A model generated the notes under the pieces. The model was given only the letters and a program-made list of their open reading frames with translations. It searched no databases and was not told the origin of the DNA. Of a DNA stretch of 64,000 nt, positions 35,163 through 45,008 are shown in pieces. The DNA is taken from contig CAVTBK010000004.1 of NCBI GenBank assembly GCA_963732935.1, forward strand, positions 258,327 to 322,326. The letters run 5' to 3'. The position numbers and the translations under genes are program-made. The DNA comes from an uncultured Acidobacteriota bacterium (GTDB taxonomy: Bacteria; Acidobacteriota; Vicinamibacteria; Fen-336). Numbering within the stretch: the first letter of the stretch is position 1; every line of letters begins with the position of its first letter.

Positions 35163-37136
35163 TCACTGCCCCCGCGGCTTCCTGCCCGTCGCGAGGGCGG
35201 CGAGGATCGCGTCGACGTCGTAGACGCACCCACCCCATGTCCCCCCGCCGACCTCCTGGAGCGCCGCCCACAGTCGCGTATCGTCCGGGAGTCCGGCGTG
35301 CGGCGCGAGGTCGGCGCGCTGCGGCCGGCGTTCGAGCTCGCCCGCCCCCCACTCGGCGCCAAGCACGTCACCGTCACTCCCGACCAGGTCCAGCCGTGCC
35401 TCGAGCGTCCTGCGATCGATGACGATCTCCACCAGGTCTCCGTCGCGCAGGCGTCCGATCGGACCACCCGCCAGGGCCTCGGGGGAGACGTGTCCGATGC
35501 ACGCGCCGCTCGAGACGCCGGAGAAGCGCGCGTCCGTGACGATCGCCACCTGCTTGCCCCACGGGAGGTGCTTCAGGGCGGAGGTGAGCTGGTAGGTCTC
35601 CTCCATGCCCGTGCCCATCGGGCCGCAGCCGGCGAGGATCAGGATGTCACCGGCCTTGACGGCCTCGGGGCCGCGGGACTTGAGGGCCGCGATCGCCTGC
35701 TCCTCGCTCGTGAAGACGCGCGCGGGACCCAGCTTGCGATAGACGCCGTCTTCGTCGACGACACCAGGATCGATGGCGGTGCTCTTCACCACCGCGCCCT
35801 GCGGCGCGATGTTCCCGACGGGAAAGGCCACCGTGCTGGTCAGGCCCGCGCGTCGGGCCGCGTCGGGATCCAGGATGACCGTGGCCGGATCGACGCCGTC
35901 CTGCTCGACCAGGAGGGCCTTGAACCGGCGACGCCGCTCGGACCCTTCCCATTCGTCGAGCACCTCGCCCAGCGGCCGTCCGAGCGCGGTCAGGCACTCG
36001 AGCTCGAGCAGCCCGAGCCGCCTCAGGTGGAGCATGACCTCGGGCACGCCACCGGCCAGGAAGACGCGCACCGTGGGATGCAGTACCGGGCCGTTCGGGA
36101 TCACGCTCACCAGGCGCGGGACCTCGCGGCTGACCTCGACCCACTCCCGGACCGTCGGCCGAGGGAGCCCGGCGGCATGCGCCACCGCCGGCAGGTGCAG
36201 GATCAGGTTGGTCGAGCCGCCGAATGCGGCATGGACGACCATGGCGTTGCGAACCGCGCGCTCCGTCAGGACCTGCTTCACGGCCACGCCGGCCGCTTCG
36301 TTGCGCACGACCGCGCGCGCCGACTGCCTGGCGATCTCACGCCAGACCTCGAAGCCCGACGGCGCCAGGGCCGAGTGCGGCAGCGAGAGGCCGAGCGTCT
36401 CCCCGACTACCTGCGAGGTCGCGGCGGTGCCCAGGAACTGGCAGCCTCCGCCGGCCGAGCCGCAGGCGCGGCAGCTCAGCTCGGCCGCCTGATCGAGCGA
36501 CACCAGGCCGTGCGCGTAGCGCGCTCCGAGCGTCTGCGCGGCGCCGGCGTCCTCGGCGCCCCTGGCCGGCAGGGTGACGCCTCCCGGCACGAGAACGGCC
36601 GGAAGCTCCCGGCATCCGGCGAGGGCCATCATCATCGCGGGATGGCCCTTGTCGCAGGTGGCGACCCCGATGAGACCACGCCGGGTCGGGAGCGAGCGAA
36701 CCAGGCGGCGCAGGACGATCGCCGCGTCGTTGCGGTACGGCAGGCTGTCGAACATCCCCGTCGTACCCTGCGTGCGGCCGTCGCACGGGTCGCTGCAGAA
36801 GCCGGCGAAGGGCACGCCGCCCTGCGCCTCGATCTCGCGTGCGGCGGCCTCCATCAGCAGACCGACCTCCCAGTGCCCGGTGTGGTAACCCAGCGCGACC
36901 GGCGTGCCGTCCGGCGCGCGGATCCCGCCCAGCGTGCTCAGGATCAGGAACTCCTTGCGGCCGAAGCCCACAGGGCTCCAGCCCATGCCGACGTTCTGCG
37001 TCCAGCCGAAGAGCTCGCCGCTGGGCCGGCGCAGCAGCGCGTCCTCGCTGACGGGCAGCCGGCCCTGAGGGCCGGCGCCCGTGGTGCGCAGCTCGTAGAC
37101 CGAGTCGCCGACGGCGTCGAAGAAGGGCGAGTCCAT
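35163..37136 (-). CDS. IlvD/EDD-family sugar-acid dehydratase, 657 aa (YjhG/YagF xylonate-dehydratase-like length)
   Basis: Start MDSPFFDAV (ATG 37136). IlvD/EDD motifs …[16 protein letters not shown]…, …[10 protein letters not shown]…, …[24 protein letters not shown]…. The track ORF adds a ~270-codon false N-terminus. Confidence 0.9.
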   Translation of the reverse strand: MDSPFFDAVGDSVYELRTTGAGPQGRLPVSEDALLRRPSGELFGWTQNVGMGWSPVGFGRKEFLILSTLGGIRAPDGTPVALGYHTGHWEVGLLMEAAAREIEAQGGVPFAGFCSDPCDGRTQGTTGMFDSLPYRNDAAIVLRRLVRSLPTRRGLIGVATCDKGHPAMMMALAGCRELPAVLVPGGVTLPARGAEDAGAAQTLGARYAHGLVSLDQAAELSCRACGSAGGGCQFLGTAATSQVVGETLGLSLPHSALAPSGFEVWREIARQSARAVVRNEAAGVAVKQVLTERAVRNAMVVHAAFGGSTNLILHLPAVAHAAGLPRPTVREWVEVSREVPRLVSVIPNGPVLHPTVRVFLAGGVPEVMLHLRRLGLLELECLTALGRPLGEVLDEWEGSERRRRFKALLVEQDGVDPATVILDPDAARRAGLTSTVAFPVGNIAPQGAVVKSTAIDPGVVDEDGVYRKLGPARVFTSEEQAIAALKSRGPEAVKAGDILILAGCGPMGTGMEETYQLTSALKHLPWGKQVAIVTDARFSGVSSGACIGHVSPEALAGGPIGRLRDGDLVEIVIDRRTLEARLDLVGSDGDVLGAEWGAGELERRPQRADLAPHAGLPDDTRLWAALQEVGGGTWGGCVYDVDAILAALATGRKPRGQ

Positions 37137-37150
37137 GGACGCGTCCCGAG

Positions 37151-38551
37151 CTAGGGGGCGGCGGCGGGCGCCATCGGAAAGACGAGCGCCAGCAGGACCG
37201 TGACGAGGACGCCCGTCAGGCCGACCGAGGTGGAGAGGACGGTCCAGGTCTTGAGCGTCTCGGCCTCGCTCAGGTTGCCCATCTTGGAGAAGATCCAGAA
37301 GCCGCTGTCGTTCATCCAGGTGCCGATGAGCGAGGCGGAGGAGATACCGAGCGCCAGGTAGACGGGATGGTATGGCAGCGAACCGCCGGCGGGCACCAGG
37401 GCGGCGACCATCGCGGAGGTCGTGAGCATGGCCACCGTGCTCGAGCCCTGTACCATCTTGAAGAGGCTCGACATCGCCGCGCCGAGAAGCAGCAGCGACA
37501 GGCCGCCGGTCGCGCCCCCGGAGCGGAACAGGGCCTCTACCGCGGAACCCACGTGCGCCAGGCGCAGCATGGCACCGAAGGCCCCGCCGGCGGCGGTGAT
37601 GAGGATGATGACACCGCCGCTCATCAGCGACTGCTCGACCAGCTCGGCCATCCGGTCGCGGCCCGGCCGTCGCTTCCAGTAGACGAGACCCAGGGCGACG
37701 ACCGCGGAGGCCAGGAGGGCCAGGTTGGGGTCGCCGACCAGACCGGCGAAGGCCGCCAGCGAGGCCGGCACGCTCACGCCGCGGGCGGAGAGCATCGAGA
37801 TGACGGTATTGCCGGAGATGAGGACGATCGGGAGAGCGATCGGGAGCAGGGAGAGCCCGAGGGAAGGCAGGCTGTCGTCCGCGATCGGCGTCGGCTCGGC
37901 CTCGACACCCGGCAGGGGACGATACTCGATGCCCAGCCAACGGTCGACCCAGGCCGAGACCAGGAGGCCGACCAGAGCCGCCGGGACCGCCACCACCAGA
38001 CCGACCAGGATCATCGTCCCGAGATCGACGCCCAGGTTGGAAGCCACGGCCAGCGGTCCCGGCGTGGGCGGCACCAGCGCGTGCGTGGCGGCCGCCCCCG
38101 CGGCGATCGCCATCAGGTAGCGCACGTAGTGCCGGCCGACCCGGCGCGTCATCGAGCGCGCCAGCGGCAGCAGCAGGTAGAAGACGGTGTCGTAGAAGAC
38201 CGGGATGCTCAGCACGAAGCCGCTGCCCATCATGGCCACGTCCCCGCGCTTCTCGCCCAGCGCGCGCAGAAAGGCGCGGACGATCCGGTCGGCGGCGCCG
38301 CTCTCGGTCATGGCGCGCCCAATCACCGCGGCAAGCGCGATCACGATGCCGATGCTGCCAGCGGCCGAGCCGAAGGCCGTGGCCACGCGCGCGCCCTTCT
38401 CCGCCGCCGCGCCAGGAGCGAGCAGGCTCACGACCAGGGCCGCGATGACGAGGGCCAGGAAGGCGTTCACGCGAGCCACGACGATCAGGCCCACGACGGT
38501 CACGACTCCCGCGCCCAGGATCAGCCAGGGATTGACGAGCGGCTCGCCCAC
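37151..38551 (-). CDS. GntP-family gluconate/sugar-acid:H+ symporter
   Basis: 12-14 TM helices; the N-terminal region aligns with GntP (…[15 protein letters not shown]…[30 protein letters not shown]…). GTG start at 38551 without an obvious SD, so the start is uncertain. Confidence 0.85.
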   Translation of the reverse strand: MGEPLVNPWLILGAGVVTVVGLIVVARVNAFLALVIAALVVSLLAPGAAAEKGARVATAFGSAAGSIGIVIALAAVIGRAMTESGAADRIVRAFLRALGEKRGDVAMMGSGFVLSIPVFYDTVFYLLLPLARSMTRRVGRHYVRYLMAIAAGAAATHALVPPTPGPLAVASNLGVDLGTMILVGLVVAVPAALVGLLVSAWVDRWLGIEYRPLPGVEAEPTPIADDSLPSLGLSLLPIALPIVLISGNTVISMLSARGVSVPASLAAFAGLVGDPNLALLASAVVALGLVYWKRRPGRDRMAELVEQSLMSGGVIILITAAGGAFGAMLRLAHVGSAVEALFRSGGATGGLSLLLLGAAMSSLFKMVQGSSTVAMLTTSAMVAALVPAGGSLPYHPVYLALGISSASLIGTWMNDSGFWIFSKMGNLSEAETLKTWTVLSTSVGLTGVLVTVLLALVFPMAPAAAP

Positions 38552-38648
38552 GATCTGGGCACTATGTCACGCGCTCCCGGCGAGGGGCAACAATCGGGCC
38601 GCTGCTGGAGGCACGGCCTGCCGCCGCGCGTGCTGCCGTCGCCCCCGC

Positions 38649-39026
38649 TCAGCGCCGCTTGCGGTTCGGCGCCCGGTTCACGAAGTCCTCGAGGGCCTGG
38701 CGGCTCGGCCCGTCGGTCGCGCCGAACTGCACGGCGAGACCGTGGGGATGCTGCGGCGACTCCTCGCCAGTCTGGGCGACCCGCACGACGCGCGCGGGCA
38801 GGCGCAGCTCGCGCCGGCCGGGCAGCAGCAGCAGCTTCAGCACGACCTCGTGCGCGAGCGGGAGGCTCACCCGGGTGACCACGAAGGCGCCCGTCGCGCT
38901 CACGTCGGCCAGACCGACGATGTGCTCGCGGCCCTGCGCCACGAGCACCGCCGCCTGGCCGAACGGGAGCGCCCGGCGGCGCGCCCGCCCTCCCTTTCCG
39001 GACACGCTCGACGCGAGCTTCGCCAT
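38649..39026 (-). CDS. PilZ-domain protein (c-di-GMP receptor-like), 125 aa
   Basis: ATG 39026; RxxxR motif GRARRRALPF and D/NxSxxG motif DVSATGAFV. The upstream part of the 366-aa track ORF is antisense to the deaminase gene. Confidence 0.7.
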   Translation of the reverse strand: MAKLASSVSGKGGRARRRALPFGQAAVLVAQGREHIVGLADVSATGAFVVTRVSLPLAHEVVLKLLLLPGRRELRLPARVVRVAQTGEESPQHPHGLAVQFGATDGPSRQALEDFVNRAPNRKRR

Positions 39027-39188
39027 GGTGTTGTCTCTCGAGGCCCAAACGACACGACCGCGCGATCGGGGTCCAACGGGGGAACTATAGCCTCGGATCG
39101 CATTCCGGCGCCGCCCGGCCCCGCCCCCCTGCGCTCTTGCGCGCGGGAGCGGCCCGGGTGACACTCGCTCGATCAGAGGAGACCAGGC

Positions 39189-39659
39189 TTGGTACACGAG
39201 CGACCGGACTGGGACGAGTACTACATGTCGATCGCGCGGACCGTCTCGATGCGCTCGAACTGCCTGCGCCGCCGGGTGGGGGCGGTGATCGTGGTCGACA
39301 AGGCGATCATCGCCACCGGCTACAACGGGACGCCGATGGGCGTACGCAACTGCTACGACGGGGGCTGCCCGCGCTGCGCCTCGGACGCCCCCTCCGGGGC
39401 CGGCTACGACACCTGCGTGTGCGTGCACGCCGAGCAGAACGCGATCGTGCTGGCGGCACGGCACGGCAACGCCACCGACGGCGGGATCCTCTACGCCACC
39501 CTGCGTCCCTGCTTCGGCTGCGCCAAGGAGTCGATCCAGGCCGGCATCCGCGAGATCGTCTTCGACGAGCCCTACGAGTACGGCGAGGGCCTGGAGGAGG
39601 CCTACCGCAGCCTGATCGCGGAGTCGGGCATCAAGCTGCGGCAGCACCGGACACGCTGA
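39189..39659 (+). CDS. dCMP deaminase (cytidine/deoxycytidylate deaminase zinc-binding family, ComEB-like)
   Basis: CVHAEQNAI (H-A-E) and PCFGCAKE (PCxxC) zinc ligands. TTG start at 39189 with AGAGGAG 9 nt upstream; ATG at 39225 is the alternative. Confidence 0.8.
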   Translation: MVHERPDWDEYYMSIARTVSMRSNCLRRRVGAVIVVDKAIIATGYNGTPMGVRNCYDGGCPRCASDAPSGAGYDTCVCVHAEQNAIVLAARHGNATDGGILYATLRPCFGCAKESIQAGIREIVFDEPYEYGEGLEEAYRSLIAESGIKLRQHRTR

Positions 39660-39738
39660 GGCGCCACCTGGGGGCAGGCCGCCGAGGCCGGGGCGAGCAC
39701 CGCGACCAGGACGGCCAGGGGGACGACGGACTCGCTTC

Positions 39739-40659
39739 TCATCGCTCACGACCTCGCTGTTTCGCGGCGTCGGACGACTCTTCGCTCGGCTCGGGCGGCC
39801 GCGCGAGCATCACCGAGTCCGCGTGCAGGCAACGCCCTTCCCCGCAGGCCTCGATACGACCGACGACCTCCAGCCAGCGCGAGGTGTCGCCCTTCGAGAA
39901 GGGGTCCAGCCACCAGCCCTTGCCCTTCGCCTTCTTGCCCACCACCCAGACGGCGGCCCCATCCTGCGCCAGGACCCAGGCGTCGCCCTTCGGCGCAGCG
40001 GCGCTGAGCCCGCCGCACAGGTTCCTCCCGCAGAAGCGCCCACGCACGGTCACGCGCCCATCCGACGGCGTCTCGCCGCCGAGAAGCTCGCGCAGGGTCG
40101 TCGAGGTCTCGTCCTCGCTGCGAGAGCGGCGGGCGAGCGGCGTCAGATCCGAGATGCTCCAGATCGTGAGTGAGGTGCGCGGCCAGAAGGGGTGCGTCGT
40201 GCCGAGGTCGGGGGTCGCCGGGAGCGGCGGATCGTCGCAGATGCTCTGCGGGACCGTCTGGTTCAGGAAGATGCAGGTGCCCTGGCTCTCGTGCAGCTCC
40301 CGCGGCAGGCCCGTCACCTCCACGCGAAGTCCCACGAAGGATCGGACCTCGTCGCGCAGCTCGTTGACCACGATCACGAGCACCTCGTCGCCGCGATCCC
40401 TGAGCTTCAGGTAGCCGCTGGTCGGATCGGCGTAGGAGAGGGTGCCGAGAGTGCGCACCGCCTGTCGCCGGTAGCGACCGTTCACGATCTCCCGGAGCGT
40501 CGCGGGCATCGGACGCCCGTAGCCCACGTAGCGGTCGGAGCCTCCGGGCCGACGCAACTCCGGCCTGCGCGGCAGGCCGTCCGTCCCCTGGCCGCGCGAC
40601 TGCGACGGCAGCGACGTCCCCAGCAGCAGGATGCCAGCCAAGACAGCCGCGCTCTTCAT
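39739..40659 (-). CDS. Secreted hypothetical protein (306 aa), possibly two tandem OB-fold (BOF/YgiW-like) domains
   Basis: Start MKSAAVLAGILLLGTSLPSQSRGQ (signal peptide; ATG 40659). Two internal segments have a pattern like …V.V.G.V…..F.L.D.TG… The family assignment is tentative. Confidence 0.55.
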   Translation of the reverse strand: MKSAAVLAGILLLGTSLPSQSRGQGTDGLPRRPELRRPGGSDRYVGYGRPMPATLREIVNGRYRRQAVRTLGTLSYADPTSGYLKLRDRGDEVLVIVVNELRDEVRSFVGLRVEVTGLPRELHESQGTCIFLNQTVPQSICDDPPLPATPDLGTTHPFWPRTSLTIWSISDLTPLARRSRSEDETSTTLRELLGGETPSDGRVTVRGRFCGRNLCGGLSAAAPKGDAWVLAQDGAAVWVVGKKAKGKGWWLDPFSKGDTSRWLEVVGRIEACGEGRCLHADSVMLARPPEPSEESSDAAKQRGRER

Positions 40660-40830
40660 GCGGCCTCGCCTCCCGATCCCAGGGTCGTTCGAACCCCCGA
40701 ATCGCCCCCCGCTCCGGGCTCGGGCAGTGGATCGAGCGTTTGTAGCACACGCCGCCGGCCTTCGGGCGGACCGCGCGCGATCGGGCACACGCGATCGGGT
40801 ATAGTTGCTTCCGGGGGCAAGAGCAACGTC

Positions 40831-41298
40831 ATGAACAACGTCAGCAACGTGGAAAAGGCGGTCGAGCTCTTTCGCGGCGGGTGCGCCTGCTCACAGGCGG
40901 TGCTGGGGACCTACGGCCCGCGCTACGGTCTCAGCGAGAACCAGGCGATGCGGATTGCCGCTGCCTTCGCGGGCGGCATGCGAATGGCGGAAACTTGCGG
41001 TGTCGTGACGGGCGCCCTCATGGTGCTGGGCCTCGCCCACTGCACGGACGAGTGCCGCAGCATCGAGGGCCGGAGGAACGCGTACCGGGCCGCCCTCGAC
41101 TTCGCCGAGGCTTTCAAGGCGCGCAACGGCTCGCTCGCCTGTCGGGAGCTGCTCGGCTGCGACATCAGCACGCCCGCCGGCGGGGAGATCGCTCGTGAGA
41201 AGGGCCTCTTTGAGACCCTGTGTCCGCGCCTGGTCGGCGACGCCGCCCGGATCCTCGAGGCCAACCTGCCCGAGGCCGCCGCGGCCACGCGCGGCTAG
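40831..41298 (+). CDS. C_GCAxxG_C_C family putative redox-active protein
   Basis: ATG 40831. …FRGGCACSQAVLGTYG…MRMAETCGVVTGALMVLGL…LACRELLGC…LCPRLV… fits the family's conserved Cys pattern. Confidence 0.7.
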   Translation: MNNVSNVEKAVELFRGGCACSQAVLGTYGPRYGLSENQAMRIAAAFAGGMRMAETCGVVTGALMVLGLAHCTDECRSIEGRRNAYRAALDFAEAFKARNGSLACRELLGCDISTPAGGEIAREKGLFETLCPRLVGDAARILEANLPEAAAATRG

Positions 41299-42023
41299 AC
41301 GCCGCCGCGCCCGGTGCCGACCCTCGCCCGCCAGGCTTCCCCGGGAACGGCGGTCGCGAGCGCGGGCGGTTCGAGAAAGGACCGGGGCGGGGCCATCTCC
41401 GAGGCCGCCGCCACGGTCAGCACGAAGGCACCGAAGCGCTGCCACCAGCCCGGGAACAGGGTCCCCTCGGTCGCCTGAACGAGCATCGGCGCCCAGCCGT
41501 CGACGCTCGCGGCGGACGGGAAGGACACCTCGACGCTCAGAGTGCTGCGCCGCAGACCCGTGCGCAGGACCTTGAGCGCCGACTCCTTGCCGCACCAGAT
41601 CAGGTTGGCGAGCAACTCGCGAGCCTGCCCGGCGTCCGCTACCAGTCGCTGCTCCTCGGTCGTGAGGTAGTCGGCCACGAAGGCGGCGCTGCGCGGCTCG
41701 ACCAGCTCGAGATCGCAGCCGAGCGCCGTGCCGGACGGGCCCACCAGGCAGACGGCCTGATCGGCGCGATCGGTCATCGTCAGGTAGGCCTCGGCGGGCC
41801 GACCCTCGACGTAGGCGGCGGGCGCGCCGTCAGGGGCACGATCGATCAGGATCGCGCGCAGCTCGACCGCGGACGAGCCACGCCCGAGCTGGAAGCCGAT
41901 CGCGCGCTTGGCGGTCCAGCGCCCGAGCCGAAACTCGCTCCGGCGCTTCTCGAAGCGCAGGCGCGCGAGGTAGTCGGCCTCCCGGGGCGCCAGCCAGGCG
42001 TCGTCGGCCGGCAGGTCGCTCAT
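41295..42023 (-). CDS. 4-prime-phosphopantetheinyl transferase (Sfp/EntD type)
   Basis: Start MSDLPADD (~42023; one-base uncertainty in my indexing). …CLVGPSGTALGCDLE… and the W/KES motif LIWCGKESALKVLRTGL. The track ORF has a long false N-terminal extension. Confidence 0.8.
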   Translation of the reverse strand: MSDLPADDAWLAPREADYLARLRFEKRRSEFRLGRWTAKRAIGFQLGRGSSAVELRAILIDRAPDGAPAAYVEGRPAEAYLTMTDRADQAVCLVGPSGTALGCDLELVEPRSAAFVADYLTTEEQRLVADAGQARELLANLIWCGKESALKVLRTGLRRSTLSVEVSFPSAASVDGWAPMLVQATEGTLFPGWWQRFGAFVLTVAAASEMAPPRSFLEPPALATAVPGEAWRARVGTGRGGV

Positions 42024-42119
42024 CCCCTGCGAGAGCCAGCAGGTCCCCGGTCGCACCGGAGGAGGATACCCCGCGCGACGGCTTTGTTTCCGGGGAGCAG
42101 TCCGGTGAAGATAGAGATC

Positions 42120-43016
42120 ATGAATACCCTCGCACCTCTGATGGGAGTCGCTCGCGCGCCCTTCCTCGCGCTGCCGTTCACGCTGGTCGCCGCCGGGGCC
42201 GCCGCCGCGGCCTACGCGGGGCACTTCGGCTGGCTGCCCACCGTCCTCGCGCTCGTCGGCCTGCTGCTGCTGCACGCAGCCGTCAACTCGCTGAACGAGG
42301 CGAGCGACATGAAGACGGGGATCGACCTGCACACGAACCGGACTCCTTTCTCGGGGGGCAGCGGAACCCTGCCCGCGGGGCGGCTCTCGCTGCGCGCGAC
42401 CCGTGTCTTCGCCTACGGCTGTGCCCTGGGCGGGGGTCTCATCGGCGTCTACTTCGCCGCCCAGCTGGGGACCGCCTTCGCGCTGCTGATCACGGTGGGA
42501 GCGATCGCCGTTCTCTTCTACTCGGAGGTGTTCGCGCGCTCGGGGCTCGGCGAGATCTTCGCCGGTCTCGGGCTCGGCGCGCTGCCGGTGTGGGGGGCTG
42601 CCTGGGTGCAGGGCAGCGCTCCCGGCGCGGCGGCGCTCTGGGCCGGCGCACCCGCCTTCTTCATGACCTTCAATCTGCTGCTGCTGAACGAGTTCCCCGA
42701 CGAGGAGGCCGACCGCGAGGGCGGACGCCGCAACCTGGTGCTGCTGTTCGGCCGCAAGGGTGCCGCCCTCGTGTACGCGGCGGCCGCCCTGCTCACGCCG
42801 GTCGCGATCGTGGTGGCGGTCGCGATCGGGGCCCTGCCCGCCTTCGCGCTCGCGGCGGTGCTGCCGTCGCTGCTGCTCGCGAAGCCTCTCTCCTGGGCGT
42901 TCGGAGACACGCGCAGGCCGGTGCCCCTGCCGGCGCTGGGCGCCAACGTGGTCTGGAACCTGGCGACGAATGGCGTTCTCGCGATGGCTTTGGTCGCGGC
43001 CCGCCTGCTTCACTGA
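42120..43016 (+). CDS. UbiA-superfamily prenyltransferase-like membrane protein
   Basis: ATG 42120. ~8 TM helices. Asp-rich motifs NSLNEASDMKTGID and NEFPDEEADREGG in the loop positions typical of UbiA enzymes. Confidence 0.7.
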   Translation: MNTLAPLMGVARAPFLALPFTLVAAGAAAAAYAGHFGWLPTVLALVGLLLLHAAVNSLNEASDMKTGIDLHTNRTPFSGGSGTLPAGRLSLRATRVFAYGCALGGGLIGVYFAAQLGTAFALLITVGAIAVLFYSEVFARSGLGEIFAGLGLGALPVWGAAWVQGSAPGAAALWAGAPAFFMTFNLLLLNEFPDEEADREGGRRNLVLLFGRKGAALVYAAAALLTPVAIVVAVAIGALPAFALAAVLPSLLLAKPLSWAFGDTRRPVPLPALGANVVWNLATNGVLAMALVAARLLH

Positions 43017-43334
43017 GCGCGCGGCACGGCGGCCCGCGGGCGGGGTGAACCGCCGTGGGTTACCGTGTGACGAGCGCGGGACAGGGGGGGCGCTCGGCCA
43101 GGGTGCGCGCGGACCCTCTCGAAGCCGACCATGCGACGGATCAGCACGGACTTCCGCATCGCCCGGCGTGGGATCTCACGCGCCGAGCTGGCCAGACTGA
43201 TGGGCATCCGCCGCCGCGCCGCCGGGGAGACGCTGCGGCAGCAGTCGCTGCTTCGAGAGGCCGGCGAGACCGAGATCCTGCCCGTCGGCCGCGGCGAGTA
43301 CCGCCTGTCCGGGGCAGAATCGTCCGGGCGCGAG

Positions 43335-43363
43335 TTGACAGCCAGTCCGGCCGGGCCTATAAG
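43335..43363 (+). promoter_or_regulatory. Sigma-70-like promoter candidate (TTGACA-N17-TATAAG) for the GPH/GH52/GH10… operon
   Basis: TTGACA at 43335-43340, 17-nt spacer, TATAAG at 43358-43363. Lies ~250 nt upstream of the transporter ATG in an otherwise 70% GC context. Confidence 0.5.
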
Positions 43364-43609
43364 ACGCGAGTTTGTCTCTCTCGAGAACTAAATCGGCGGG
43401 AGGGACGAGGCGCTGGAACGAGGCCTGCCAGGATCGGTGACACTCGGCGACGGGCGGATGCCGATCGAGCGGCCGCCGGAGGAGGCGATCGTGGCGCAGG
43501 CGGCGATCCCGGTGGACGGGACGGGCGAGCGCCTCTCGGTCGTCGGCTCACGGCGCGACGCGATCGGGTAGCCCGGCAGACGAACCGGCACGCCCAGGAA
43601 AGAGGAACG

Positions 43610-44965
43610 ATGGCCCAGAGACTCCCGGTCAAAGAGAAGGTCGGCTACGCACTCGGCGACATGGCCGCCAATTTCGTGTTCCAGTTCATGATCGCCCTGC
43701 AGCTGGACTTCTACACCCACACCTTCGGCCTCACACCGGCGCAGGCGGGGACCATGCTGGGCGTCGTCGGCCTGGGCGTCGCCGTGCTCAACCCGGTGAT
43801 GGGCGTGATCGCCGACCGGACCACCAGCAGGTGGGGCAAGTTCCGGCCCTGGGTCCTGTGGAGCGCGCTCCCCTTCGGCATCATCGGCGTTCTCACCTTC
43901 ACGACGCCTGATCTCAGCCTCGGCGCCAAGGTGATCTACGCCTGGGTGACCTACACCGCGCTGCGCGTCGTCTACATCATCAACAACGTGCCCTATGCCT
44001 CGCTGACCGCCGTGATGACCGAAGACCCGGACGAGCGGACCAGCATCTCCTCGTACCGCCAGATCGCGGCGAACACCGCCGGCCTCATCATCGCCAGCTT
44101 CGTCATCCCGCTGGTCGGCATCCTCGGCCGGGGTAACGACGCGCGCGGGTATCAGCTCACGATGGGGCTGCTCTCGGTGGTGAGCGTCGTCTTCTTCGTC
44201 ATCACGTTCCTCGTCGCCAAGGAGCGCATCCAGCCCGATCCGCAGCAGAAGAGCTCGCTCGCCCTGGACATGTCGGACTTGTTCAGCAACAAGGCCTTCG
44301 TCATGCTGTTCATGGCAACGCTCTTCTACTTCACGGCGATCCTCATCCGCGGCAACGTGATGTTGCCGTACTTCCGCTTCGTCTCGGGCAAGGTGAACGT
44401 CTACTCCTGGTTCAACGGATTCGGCCTTGGTTCGCTGCTCCTGGGCGTCGCCTGTTCGACGCCGGTCTCGATCCGCGTGGGCAAGCTGCGACTCTTCCAG
44501 GTCAGCATGATCCTCACGGGCGTCTTGTCGATGGCGCTCTACGTCCTGCCACCGACGGGGACGATCGCAATCGTCGCCACGGAATCGCTGCGCCAGTTCT
44601 CGTTCGGCCTTTCGGGACCGATCCTGTGGGCCATGATGGGCGACGTGGCCGACTACGGCGAGTGGAAGACGGGCCGGCGCGCCAGCGGCACCGTCACCTC
44701 GGCCGTCGTGTTCGCGCTCTGGGCGGGACTGGCACTCGGCGGCGCTGCCGCCGGCTGGCTGCTCGGGGCCTACGGAGTGGTCTCGGACGCCGCAACGCAA
44801 ACACCGACCGCACAGTCGGGCATCGTGCTCACCGGCAGCATCTATGCGGGTCTGGCCTTCCTGGCGGCGGCCGCCTTCCTGTTCCTCTATCCACTGTCCG
44901 GCGAGAAGGCCAGGTCGATCGCCGACGAGCTGACGGAGCGCCGCAAGTCCTTTGCGCAGAGCTAG
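43610..44965 (+). CDS. MFS transporter, glycoside-pentoside-hexuronide (GPH):cation symporter family
   Basis: ATG 43610 (AGGAAAGAGGAACG upstream). 12 TM helices. GPH N-terminal motif [27 protein letters not shown]… and …[18 protein letters not shown]…. Confidence 0.9.
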   Translation: MAQRLPVKEKVGYALGDMAANFVFQFMIALQLDFYTHTFGLTPAQAGTMLGVVGLGVAVLNPVMGVIADRTTSRWGKFRPWVLWSALPFGIIGVLTFTTPDLSLGAKVIYAWVTYTALRVVYIINNVPYASLTAVMTEDPDERTSISSYRQIAANTAGLIIASFVIPLVGILGRGNDARGYQLTMGLLSVVSVVFFVITFLVAKERIQPDPQQKSSLALDMSDLFSNKAFVMLFMATLFYFTAILIRGNVMLPYFRFVSGKVNVYSWFNGFGLGSLLLGVACSTPVSIRVGKLRLFQVSMILTGVLSMALYVLPPTGTIAIVATESLRQFSFGLSGPILWAMMGDVADYGEWKTGRRASGTVTSAVVFALWAGLALGGAAAGWLLGAYGVVSDAATQTPTAQSGIVLTGSIYAGLAFLAAAAFLFLYPLSGEKARSIADELTERRKSFAQS

Positions 44966-45008
44966 TCGTTCGCCTCGGGAAGCAAGAGAAAGACGGACGG
45001 AGGAAACG

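Noticed and set aside
39189-39659. dCMP deaminase as a nucleotide-depletion antiphage defence gene
   Set aside because: It is a plain 156-aa ComEB-type deaminase without the kinase-like or other accessory domains seen in defensive dCTP deaminases, and it has no defence-island neighbours
41295-43016. Sfp-type phosphopantetheinyl transferase plus UbiA-like prenyltransferase as a secondary-metabolite cluster
   Set aside because: No NRPS, PKS or carrier-protein genes are present in the window. The two genes are divergent and may simply be housekeeping neighbours
43131-43391. 86-aa ORF with an HTH-like segment in the intergenic region upstream of the GPH transporter
   Set aside because: It is overlapped by a near-consensus -35/-10 promoter that more plausibly explains the region. 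No RBS and weak coding signal. Kept only as a low-probability alternative
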